A stretch of DNA of 25,498 nucleotides from positions 1 to 25,498 of the IMG/VR virus record IMGVR_UViG_3300048578_000460. One strand, written 5' to 3'. Shown here piece by piece: positions 8,243 to 15,901 of the stretch (positions are counted from its first letter, which is position 1; every line of letters starts with the position of its first letter). The notes beneath the pieces were generated by a model. That model had not been told where the DNA came from. It saw only the letters and a list, made by a program, of their open reading frames with translations, and did no database searches. A program made the translations under genes and the position numbers. Origin of the DNA: a virus. Taxonomy: Duplodnaviria > Caudoviricetes.

Positions 8243-8416
8243 TTAGAGTTCGCGGGTGCGAATGTAGTAAACAACCATGAACAGGATATCCCAGTGGCTT
8301 ATATCGATGCCGTACGCAATGTAGCGCACGTACAAAAGGATGGCCCAAAACCACCAGACAGACCGGGCAATTTTACCCGCGTTTTCTGATAGAAAGTCAA
8401 CAAATACGTCGAACAT
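8243..8416 (-). CDS. 57-aa hydrophobic/aromatic membrane protein absent from the ORF track
   Basis: MFDVFVDFLSENAGKIARSVWWFWAILLYVRYIAYGIDISHWDILFMVVYYIRTREL; starts 2 nt after the gpG stop and ends before the terminator. Confidence 0.65.
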   Translation of the reverse strand: MFDVFVDFLSENAGKIARSVWWFWAILLYVRYIAYGIDISHWDILFMVVYYIRTREL

Positions 8417-8418
8417 GG

Positions 8419-8871
8419 TTACACCCCATCCGCAACCTGGTCGCGCAGGTACTGCAGTACTTCTTCAATATCGCCGGGCTCCAGCCACAGAAACGGCCGG
8501 CCGGCAATCTTAACCTTGCGGCCAAGCCCTGCCATGCCTCCAAAGTTATGGATGGCCGCATACACCAGATTCGTGCCTACCTCTGCGCTGCGTGCGTCCG
8601 ATTTGGCGCTGATGGAGTTGCGCAGCTGTCCGCTCACCTGGAGCGTTTTGCCGGGCCAGTTGCCGGTTTTTGTGCGGCGCGCTTTGGTGCTTTCGGCCAG
8701 CTCTGCCCAGCGGGAAGGCCTGCCCTGGGCTTCGAAATTGTCATCCACTGCACCCAGCATAATGTTGGCCACGCTCTGCATATGCGCAGGCATTTTCTCA
8801 ACGTTTAAGCGCAGCCGGGCAATCAGCGCGGTGGCTTCACGGAGTTCAATCTGGGCGAAAGGGGAAGACAT
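8419..8871 (-). CDS. Mu gpG (gp31) virion morphogenesis protein
   Basis: F..QGRP..W..L...T, L..SG.LRNSI, VGTNLVYAAIHNFGG and I..RPFL motifs. Confidence 0.93.
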   Translation of the reverse strand: MSSPFAQIELREATALIARLRLNVEKMPAHMQSVANIMLGAVDDNFEAQGRPSRWAELAESTKARRTKTGNWPGKTLQVSGQLRNSISAKSDARSAEVGTNLVYAAIHNFGGMAGLGRKVKIAGRPFLWLEPGDIEEVLQYLRDQVADGV

Positions 8872-8876
8872 TTTTC

Positions 8877-8911
8877 AATGAAGAATTAGGAATGAGGAAT
8901 TACGAGTTATT
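8877..8911 (-). repeat. Degenerate heptamer tandem repeat in the gpG leader
   Basis: On +: AATGAAG AATTAGG AATGAGG AATTACG AGTTATT. Confidence 0.75.
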
Positions 8912-8940
8912 CGCCTTTTACCGGAAAAGGTGTACATTAT
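8910..8940 (+). promoter_or_regulatory. Candidate promoter for tRNA-like element 2
   Basis: TTCGCC-17 nt-TACATT; predicted +1 at about 8945 coincides with the 5' end of the RNA. Confidence 0.45.
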
Positions 8941-8945
8941 AGATG

Positions 8946-9021
8946 TCGAACGATGAAACAGCTGGTAGGCAAACGCGCTCATTGAGCAGTATTATCGCAG
9001 GTTCGAGTCCTGCCGTTCGAT
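8946..9021 (+). ncRNA. tRNA-like element 2 (76 nt), antisense to the head operon
   Basis: Perfect 7-bp acceptor stem TCGAACG/CGTTCGA; T-arm GCAGG-TTCGAGT-CCTGC (8997-9013); D-loop-like CAGCTGGTAG; no D-stem, only a GCTC-ATT-GAGC mini-hairpin; no CCA. Confidence 0.72.
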
Positions 9022-9045
9022 GTAAAGGTGATTGTGGAAACATGG

Positions 9046-10215
9046 TCACCTTATTTTTTTGTATCCATCGGCACCACGATCAAACGGTCCGACCGTTACC
9101 AAATTAAGTGCCCGGTAATCAATCTCTTTTCCGCGCTTCTGAAGCTTGAAGGCGAATTTAGTGGCCACACCGTTGATGGTTTTAATAAACAGAATATCGT
9201 CCTGTCCTTCCCACACTTCTTCCGGGTTGTTCACGGCATCGGTGGCCAGTTTTAGCGTTTCTGGCGCGTTTTTGCCGTTGCGCATCGCGTGCAGTACCTG
9301 CTTGTCGGTTGCGATAACAATCGGGCTTTTAAGCACTTTGCCTTTGTTTATCAGCTCAAAAAGCTCCGGTTCCAGATAGGTGAGCGTGCGCACTTTGCCT
9401 TTGTGCTGCATGGCTTCCGCGACATCATCCACAAAGTAATCCCACACTTTTTGGCGCTGTTCCGGGCGGATCATGTCTTTCACAAAGCCCAGCCGGGCGC
9501 TGGTTGACACCTTTTCGGCTTTTTGCCAGGCTACCGTATCGATGGGTGTTTTGTCCTTTCCAGGATTGTTCTGAAACGCCGGATCCGCAATGCCTTTCGG
9601 GTCGCCTTCGAACGGTTTCCAGCCGTTGCGTTTCATGCGCGATTCGGTTACGCCGCTTACGGAACAGCGGCACCGCCAGCCGTTGGGCGGGTAGTTGGTA
9701 TCCCACCAGGGATGGTCTTTCGGCAGAATAATGCCGTTCATTTCGGCGTGGGTACGGCGCGTTTTCCGGTCAAGAATGGCGTTGTAGCGCAGGTATTTGA
9801 TGTTGTCATCGGCCATAAACCCGTCGTAGCGCCCGGCGCTGTAGGCGCTCTGCAGGTTGGTGGTGTAGATGGTGCGCAGGCGGTGGCCGTCAACGCGGGT
9901 AGTGCGCACTTCGCCGGTCTGTTCGTTTACAACCTCCACGGCTTTGCCGTACCAGCCCAGTTTTTGAAGGCGCGGCGTGAGTTCCTTTTTGAACTGCGCG
10001 AAGGTGGTTCCGCTTTCCAGTGCTGCGGTGAGTTCGCCCCGGATGGTTTCCAGAATATCGAGCTTCATGGCACCGGCCACGGTAAACGCTTTGGCGTGGG
10101 CCTGCGCTTCAATATCGTCCCATCGGAAGGAAATGCGGTATCCCTTGGTATTGAGGTACTCGATGGCCTTTTCAGGCTTCAGGGAAAGGGCGAAATTGAG
10201 GTCGATGGGTTCCAT
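9046..10215 (-). CDS. MuF (gp30/SPP1 gp7) minor head protein with a C-terminal putative BECR-fold (PBECR-type) nuclease domain
   Basis: AFTVAG, RLRTIYTTNLQSAYSAGR, D.KTR..H and PPNGWRCRC motifs; extension carries H...P..VW...ILFIK...VT pattern. The nuclease call is less certain than the MuF call. Confidence 0.9.
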   Translation of the reverse strand: MEPIDLNFALSLKPEKAIEYLNTKGYRISFRWDDIEAQAHAKAFTVAGAMKLDILETIRGELTAALESGTTFAQFKKELTPRLQKLGWYGKAVEVVNEQTGEVRTTRVDGHRLRTIYTTNLQSAYSAGRYDGFMADDNIKYLRYNAILDRKTRRTHAEMNGIILPKDHPWWDTNYPPNGWRCRCSVSGVTESRMKRNGWKPFEGDPKGIADPAFQNNPGKDKTPIDTVAWQKAEKVSTSARLGFVKDMIRPEQRQKVWDYFVDDVAEAMQHKGKVRTLTYLEPELFELINKGKVLKSPIVIATDKQVLHAMRNGKNAPETLKLATDAVNNPEEVWEGQDDILFIKTINGVATKFAFKLQKRGKEIDYRALNLVTVGPFDRGADGYKKIR

Positions 10216-10246
10216 GCGGGAGTTCGGATTTGGAATTTGGGATGGA
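10216..10246 (-). repeat. Degenerate heptamer repeat in the MuF leader
   Basis: Sense strand reads CATCCCA AATTCCA AATCCGA ACTCCCG C-ATG. Confidence 0.5.
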
Positions 10247-10261
10247 ATACATCCGGATGTC

Positions 10262-10792
10262 TTACCCGGCAGTGAGCTGATTAGCCTGCGTTGCGGCGGC
10301 CACCTTTTCGGCCTCCAGTGTAGAGGAAAGGTGCTGCATATTTTGTGCTACCGCATAAGTCCACCCATACGCGAAATCATCACCGGGCTTTGTTTTGTTG
10401 GCACGTTTCATGCGCGGATGGAGCGTATCAATGAAGGCGGCACGGTCTTTTTCCAGCTTCCTGTATGCAACCGTATAAGCGTAAGCGGCTACCTCAATAT
10501 TGATGCTGTCTCCGACAAAAAGAAGCGCCTGATGATCCGGAAGCCGAAAAATCTTAACTGAAAAGACACGTTCTATTACGCGCTCCAGCTTCGCTTCATA
10601 CGCTTTAACACGTGCGCGAGGCCCCGCAACAACTTTCTCGCGCAGTTGCGACGCGGCAACATGCACCTGGCTTACCTGATAGGTTTCCATGAGCTCACGG
10701 GCTTTTTGCATGGCCAGTGCGGCTTCATGTGGTTCAGAAGATTCACCCAGGGCAAGCAGTTTGCCAATTTTCTCAAGTAGTTTTTGGTCCAT
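10262..10792 (-). CDS. DUF2786-family protein (176 aa)
   Basis: MDQKLLEKIGKLLALG.S..PHEAALA..KA.ELM..Y motif; start moved from 10906 to 10792. Confidence 0.85.
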   Translation of the reverse strand: MDQKLLEKIGKLLALGESSEPHEAALAMQKARELMETYQVSQVHVAASQLREKVVAGPRARVKAYEAKLERVIERVFSVKIFRLPDHQALLFVGDSINIEVAAYAYTVAYRKLEKDRAAFIDTLHPRMKRANKTKPGDDFAYGWTYAVAQNMQHLSSTLEAEKVAAATQANQLTAG

Positions 10793-10952
10793 GTTGCTGT
10801 TCTTTCTGCTGTTTGGCCCGTTCATCCATAAAGTCCTGGAGGATTTCGAGCATGAGATTGATGTAGGCGATGCCGTAGCTGCGGTCTTCCATGTACTTGC
10901 GGGCATGGCGCAATACGTCGGTGCGTTTGTCCATGCCGGAAACCGCGCTCAT
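10773..10952 (-). CDS. 59-aa hypothetical protein absent from the ORF track (MSAVSGMDKRTDVLRHARKYMED...)
   Basis: ATGA overlap with the portal stop; ends overlapping the DUF2786 start. Confidence 0.65.
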   Translation of the reverse strand: MSAVSGMDKRTDVLRHARKYMEDRSYGIAYINLMLEILQDFMDERAKQQKEQQHGPKTT

Positions 10953-12490
10953 TGTGTTTCGCTCCTGCCAATAACTTCGGCCAGGAAGAAGGCGCGGGTG
11001 AGTTTATCCTCCAGCATCGAGGCGTCGAGTTCCGGATAAAGGGCAGCCAGCTTTTCCAGCGCTTCTTCAAAAGTGCCGGCTTCGTTAAAAACGGCTAAAA
11101 CGGGCTGTAATGCCTGTTTAACGGCCTGTTCTGAATCGGCGGTTTCGATGATGTCATCGACAATTTTCTGTCCGGCGGGCACTTCATCGGCATCCACCTG
11201 GGCGAAGTGCGCCGTTTTTCCGGCGCATTGCGCACAGCTGCAGTGCGTCTGGGCAAAGGCGGGCGGCTGAGCCGGTGCGGCGGGTTGGGCGGTTACCTCA
11301 AATTCGTCTTCATCGAGGCCGTATTTGGCGGTGAAGTACTTTTTGGTAAAGCTCACGCCGGTGCGCGTAAGAATCTCATCGCGTTCAGCCAGGGTTTTAT
11401 CAACGTCTTCGGGCTGGTACATGCGGAAACGCACATCGCCGCCGCCGTAGTTGAACTGCTGGATCCACTGAAGCAGCTGGTTCATCTGCTGTTCAATAAT
11501 CCGCACGCCTTCCATAATTACGTCTTCGCGGATGCCGTCGTGCACTTTGCCCAGGGCGTAGCTTCCGCCGCCGTTGCCAGTACCGCCTGCCAGCGATGCG
11601 GAAAGCAGCACCATTTGAATTTCCTCATCGGCGTAGGTAAGGAAGTCTTTGTAAATACTGGCAGATTCGCCTTTGCCGGTCTGCATGATCTCGATGCTGC
11701 TGTCATCCGGGATAACCGCAACAGCATCCTGCACCATGTTTTCCAGCTGCTTCAGCAGTTCGTTCTGGTCGCTGGTGGCCGTACCGCGCGGCTGTTTGCC
11801 GATGGCGTGCGGCATGCCGTATTTCTCGGTGAAGGTGGCAAAGAACTTCTTCCCGCCCCGGCGGAAGCTCACCGGCCAGAAGCAGCGTGCCAATACGGCC
11901 TGTCCGTACGGATTGTCGGCGCTGGGATAGTGGCGCGGCAGCAGGTAGCTGTACGTTTCAACGGGCTTGGCTTCTTTGATTTCGGCAGGCAGATAGAACT
12001 GCGGTTTTATGCAGAGTTCCCCTTTTTTGTTGAACTCAAACCATTCTGCCGGTTTGCCCTGGATATCGAGCGGAATCCATTTTCCGGCCACCGTCTGCCA
12101 CATAATTTCCATCGGCTGGTATCCGTAAAGACGGGCATCCAGCATTTCGGAGAAAATGCGGTTCAGATCGAGCGTTCGCTGCCAGGCGTTCAGTTCATCG
12201 AGGCGCGTTTCGTCGGTCTGGTCGCTGTACAGCTCAAATTCCAGCGCTTTTACGCCGCTTTTCCAGCTTTGTACCGCACTCCAGGTGCGGGAATCGAAAA
12301 GGAGCTCACGGTAGGCGGTGATGTCTTTCCCGGCCTTTTTGAGAATTGGATCCGGATTGGGCATTCGGGAAAACAGGCTGGCCAGGGCGGAACGGTCGCC
12401 TGCGCTTGCGGCAGATGGCGGTTTACCGGGTGCCTGTTTATCGGCAAAGGAAAGGAAGGTGGAGCGATTTCTGCGCGTTTTGCGAATCAT
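10949..12490 (-). CDS. Portal protein, Mu gp29 (DUF935) family
   Basis: LDARLYGY..MEI.W, NPYG..VL..CFWP, F.EKYGMP..IGK and GSYALGKVH motifs; follows the terminase. Confidence 0.93.
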   Translation of the reverse strand: MIRKTRRNRSTFLSFADKQAPGKPPSAASAGDRSALASLFSRMPNPDPILKKAGKDITAYRELLFDSRTWSAVQSWKSGVKALEFELYSDQTDETRLDELNAWQRTLDLNRIFSEMLDARLYGYQPMEIMWQTVAGKWIPLDIQGKPAEWFEFNKKGELCIKPQFYLPAEIKEAKPVETYSYLLPRHYPSADNPYGQAVLARCFWPVSFRRGGKKFFATFTEKYGMPHAIGKQPRGTATSDQNELLKQLENMVQDAVAVIPDDSSIEIMQTGKGESASIYKDFLTYADEEIQMVLLSASLAGGTGNGGGSYALGKVHDGIREDVIMEGVRIIEQQMNQLLQWIQQFNYGGGDVRFRMYQPEDVDKTLAERDEILTRTGVSFTKKYFTAKYGLDEDEFEVTAQPAAPAQPPAFAQTHCSCAQCAGKTAHFAQVDADEVPAGQKIVDDIIETADSEQAVKQALQPVLAVFNEAGTFEEALEKLAALYPELDASMLEDKLTRAFFLAEVIGRSETQ

Positions 12491-13896
12491 AGCGGGTCTC
12501 CAAGGCTGGAAGTGGGTTTCAGGGAGGAACTGCGGGCGAATACCGGCCCGGAATAGTTTTCGGCGGCGTGGTTAGCGAGGGCGAGGCTCCAGAAGCGGTC
12601 TGCGTGGCCGTCGGTCTGTCCGGCTACGGCAAAGCGGACGTTTCCGGCGCTGGTAACGGCTTTTTTGATGCTGGCCAGATCATCGCGCAGCAGCGGATCC
12701 GGCGGAATGGCGATGGTTTTTTCCTCAAACCGGCTGCGCAGCTGAAACGCCATTTCCGATTTGGATGCTTCTGAAAACGTGACCGGCTCCACGCGGTATT
12801 TGCCGAACGCAAAAACAGCTTCTTCGGCCAGCTGCATGCCAAGGCCGGTGGAATCGATGCAGGCGCGCCGGATGCCCGGAAGCTGCAGGATGCTGAAGAG
12901 CGTATCGCGCTGTACGTAAAACGGCTGGCGCTCCATCACTATGCAGGCGCGCATAAAATGGAAGCCGCCGGTGCGCTGCACTACCGTTATTACGGAAAGG
13001 TCTTTTTTCCGGGCAATGTCGAAACCCACGTACAGATCGCCCTGCATGTCGCCGGGTTCCTGCAGCAGGTCGGGTTTTTCGCACGCTGTTATCATGTCGT
13101 ACGGAAGGAAGCGGGACGTTCCTTCCACAGGTACGCACATAAACTCTTCGAGGAAGGTTTCTTCATCGAAGGAATCGGCGCGGAGTTCGTCTATCCAGGC
13201 GGCGCGTTCTTCCGGCGATGTTTTCCGGCCACGGATTTTATCAAGGAGGCCTTCTTCAACCGCCAGGGTAATCGGCGTATTGTGCCTGCTCCAGTTGAGC
13301 TGGCCTTTTTCGACCTTCTCCAGAAACTGGTGGTAGAGGCACTGTTTTCCGTTGTGGGTGCTCAGGATCCGGATCGGATAACCCCAGGTGGCGGAAGGTT
13401 TGGCGGCTTTCCAGAGCTGCTGGGCCTGTTCGTGGAAGGCAAATTCATCCAGAATAACCTTTCCGCCTTTGGAGCGGAACGCCTTTGGATTGGACGAAAG
13501 CGCGTGAATGCGGCTTCCGTTGGCAAATTCGATGGCCAGGGCTTTGATGTCGTTGCGTTCATCGAGCATGATTTCGCCCAGGGCGGTGGCTGCCATGTTA
13601 AACAGCTGTGCCCACTTGGAGCATTCAGCGATGTATTCCTTGGCTGCTGATTCGTCGGCTGACGAAAACCACACCTTATCGACCCTGCCGGTAACGCAGT
13701 CGTACACGTCTTCGTAGCTCTGCACATAGGTGGCCCCGATACGGCGGGACTTCTCCCATATCTTGACGGGCGAATCATCCTGCAGCCAGCGGATTTGATA
13801 CGGCAGAAAGTAACTCGACCGTGTTTCCTGATTTTCCGGAGTGCTCATTTTATCGGGTACCCGCATTAAAACATCGTTAAACTCGTTTAATTTCAA
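12487..13896 (-). CDS. Terminase large subunit, Mu gp28-like (true start may be a downstream ATG)
   Basis: FLPYQ..W, EKSRRIGAT, VILDEFAF, VGFDIARKKD, IDSTGLG and HADRFWSLALA motifs. Confidence 0.95.
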   Translation of the reverse strand: MKLNEFNDVLMRVPDKMSTPENQETRSSYFLPYQIRWLQDDSPVKIWEKSRRIGATYVQSYEDVYDCVTGRVDKVWFSSADESAAKEYIAECSKWAQLFNMAATALGEIMLDERNDIKALAIEFANGSRIHALSSNPKAFRSKGGKVILDEFAFHEQAQQLWKAAKPSATWGYPIRILSTHNGKQCLYHQFLEKVEKGQLNWSRHNTPITLAVEEGLLDKIRGRKTSPEERAAWIDELRADSFDEETFLEEFMCVPVEGTSRFLPYDMITACEKPDLLQEPGDMQGDLYVGFDIARKKDLSVITVVQRTGGFHFMRACIVMERQPFYVQRDTLFSILQLPGIRRACIDSTGLGMQLAEEAVFAFGKYRVEPVTFSEASKSEMAFQLRSRFEEKTIAIPPDPLLRDDLASIKKAVTSAGNVRFAVAGQTDGHADRFWSLALANHAAENYSGPVFARSSSLKPTSSLGDPL

Positions 13897-13932
13897 ACGG
13901 AATCGAAAAGACGGCTATGGATACGCCTTGGG

Positions 13933-14340
13933 TTATTTCGCGCGTTTTACGCCCAAAATCTGTTCTTCGATTTCGCGGATCAGATCCGGGGTAATTCCAC
14001 CGGCTGTTTTTTCCTTTTCGTCGGGCACAGTGTTTTCTGCATCATGCCAGGTTTTGAGTGCCTGTACCGCCTTCACCACGGCGAAAATCTGGTGGCTGCC
14101 GGGATTCGCTTTGGCTTCTTTGATGGCCAGCCGGGCAATCTCAATCAGCTCTTCCCGGATACTGCCGGTAGTCTCGATGGATGCGGTACGTTTGGCGTCC
14201 CAGTTTCCTTCGGCCTTCCAGTTGTACACCGTCTTCCGGCTTACCTGATTTTTGAACAGCGCAACAATGGCGTCGATGGAGTAGCCTTCGTGCACGTACA
14301 TGCGTTCGGCTTCCGAATAGAATTGCGCAATCTTAGCCAT
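13933..14340 (-). CDS. Putative terminase small subunit (DUF1804-like, HTH)
   Basis: A...Y...G.S...I......VSRKTVYNWK....W motif; immediately upstream of the large subunit. Confidence 0.8.
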   Translation of the reverse strand: MAKIAQFYSEAERMYVHEGYSIDAIVALFKNQVSRKTVYNWKAEGNWDAKRTASIETTGSIREELIEIARLAIKEAKANPGSHQIFAVVKAVQALKTWHDAENTVPDEKEKTAGGITPDLIREIEEQILGVKRAK

Positions 14341-14581
14341 TGATGGCCTCGTCGAGCTGCTTTGCCTTTTGGGAAAGGTCCCGGTGCTTTTCGGCCAGCT
14401 CCACCAGATCGTTCATGGCCAGCTGGGCACGGCGCACATCCATTTCGCTCAGGTCGAGGAAGGGATCCACCTGCTGACGTATTACTATAATCTGGCTGTC
14501 GGCGCGGAGTTCAATTTCCTCCAGCTGCCGTTTAATGTCAGCCAGGCGCGCCCGGTTCATCATGCGTTCGCTTCCGCTCAT
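14333..14581 (-). CDS. Coiled-coil hypothetical protein
   Basis: 82 aa, overlap-coupled on both sides. Confidence 0.75.
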   Translation of the reverse strand: MSGSERMMNRARLADIKRQLEEIELRADSQIIVIRQQVDPFLDLSEMDVRRAQLAMNDLVELAEKHRDLSQKAKQLDEAING

Positions 14582-14883
14582 CGCTTCATGCCCTCCACCG
14601 CTTTTTCCAGGCGGGAAAGTACCCCGGCCAGCATTTCCCTGGTGCGCACGTCTTCACGCTGAATCTGCAGCAGTTCTTCGGTAAGCTTTTCGTAATTGCT
14701 CACCACTTCAGAGAACCGCCGGTTTGCGTGCTCAATGGCGTCCTGCGTGCGCTTGTCGGCGTACTGCATGGCCTGTTCGAACAGACGGTTACTGCGCGTG
14801 AAGGTGAAATACCATACGGCAAACATGATCATTGCTACGCCGCCGTTACTTAAGAGCGGTATCAAATCTTTTAATGCTTCCAT
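14578..14883 (-). CDS. Single-TM coiled-coil protein (holin-like, BhlA/Mu gp25-type architecture)
   Basis: Hydrophobic N-terminus then a heptad coil; first gene of the leftward arm. Confidence 0.6.
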   Translation of the reverse strand: MEALKDLIPLLSNGGVAMIMFAVWYFTFTRSNRLFEQAMQYADKRTQDAIEHANRRFSEVVSNYEKLTEELLQIQREDVRTREMLAGVLSRLEKAVEGMKR

Positions 14884-14915
14884 TCAAATTTCATCCATAT
14901 TTTTGTTTTTCAGGA

Positions 14916-15000
14916 TGCCCGTAAGTTCGGGTAAATGAATGGGGTTAGTTTCTGTACCGTACAGAACGCCATGCACGACTACGCAGGTAAATTTCGGGTG
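14916..15000. promoter_or_regulatory. Symmetric divergent late promoter with a central palindrome
   Basis: TTCTGTAC-C-GTACAGAA (14950-14966), with related motifs starting 30 nt either side of the centre on opposite strands. Confidence 0.7.
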
Positions 15001-15046
15001 TTCTCAAACGAAACGGGGCGCATCGTCGCTCCACAGTTTACCAAAA

Positions 15047-15883
15047 ATGACCCGAAAAGAAATCGAAATTTTTAAAGCCGGGAAGTATCCCCAGGGCACG
15101 TTTACACGTGAGCAGCTGGCGGCGATGGCTACAGCGTACGACGCGGCTTTTTGTGAAGCGCCGGTCACGCTCGATCATGTGCAGGCTGGTCCGGCACTGG
15201 GGTGGGTGAAGGGTGTGCGGCTGGATGGCGATACGCTGTTTGCCGACATCGAAGCCTCGCCGGAGCTGGTTGAGCTGGTAGATAAAAAGCTCTTCAAGAA
15301 GCGCAGCGTGGAATTCTTCCGTCAGCTTCCAGGAAAAGGCTTGTATCTGAAGGCGGTTTCCTTCCTTGGCGCGCAGATTCCCCAGGTGAAAGGAATGCGC
15401 GATGTTGATTTCGCTTCCTTCGCTGAGGCTGAATCTGATGCTATTGATATGGAAGCGGCAGAAGCGCCGGTTTCGTTTGCTGAAATCGAGAGGCTTCGCC
15501 AGGAGCGCGATGCGGCAGTTGCGAAGTTCGAAGAAATCGATGCGCAGCGCCAGGCGGCTGAAGAGCGTCTTCGTGCTCTGAACATGAACTCCCGCCGCAT
15601 TGAGTTCGAAACCTATGTGAATGAGCGTATTGCGTACGGCGTACTTCCGCCTGCCATGAAAACTAAAGCGGTCCGGCTGCTTTCGGTGCTTGATACCGTG
15701 CCCATGTTTTCTGACGCTTCCGGCCAGGCTGAGCCTGTTGCCCTGTTTAAGGAATTCCTCGAAGGAATGCCGCGCCTGCCGAAAGGCCCTGCAGCCGGTG
15801 AAAAAGCTGCGCAAAAGTCCGCCGACAAATTCTACGACGCTGTGAAAGCGGCGCACGAAGAAGCCACGGCAAAGAACGTCTAA
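15047..15883 (+). CDS. Prohead protease/scaffold (Mu gpI/gp32-like)
   Basis: IEIFKAG, APVTLDH, PALGWV, KKRSVEF and VSFLGA..P.VKGM, then an acidic coiled coil; start moved from 14939 to 15047. Confidence 0.88.
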   Translation: MTRKEIEIFKAGKYPQGTFTREQLAAMATAYDAAFCEAPVTLDHVQAGPALGWVKGVRLDGDTLFADIEASPELVELVDKKLFKKRSVEFFRQLPGKGLYLKAVSFLGAQIPQVKGMRDVDFASFAEAESDAIDMEAAEAPVSFAEIERLRQERDAAVAKFEEIDAQRQAAEERLRALNMNSRRIEFETYVNERIAYGVLPPAMKTKAVRLLSVLDTVPMFSDASGQAEPVALFKEFLEGMPRLPKGPAAGEKAAQKSADKFYDAVKAAHEEATAKNV

Positions 15884-15901
15884 CCCAATCCAACCCATCC
15901 T

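Noticed and set aside
8946-9021. Functional tRNA-Met (CTCATTG contains CAT)
   Set aside because: No 5-bp anticodon stem flanks that loop and no D-stem forms; kept only as tRNA-like.
9523-10275. 250-aa ORF on + (likewise 15038-15976, 12958-13650, 586-1275, 1905-2561 and 22875-23528)
   Set aside because: All lie antisense to well-supported genes and have no recognisable features.
10822-11070. 82-aa minus-strand ORF from the track
   Set aside because: It overlaps the portal out of frame; the coupled 59-aa ORF at 10773-10952 fits better.
11207-12556. 449-aa ORF on +
   Set aside because: Antisense shadow of the portal gene; no motifs; expected from codon bias.
15001-15009. TTCTCAAAC matching the end-repeat core, next to the late promoter
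   Set aside because: A single 9-mer match is plausible by chance in 25 kb, and there is no tandem copy.
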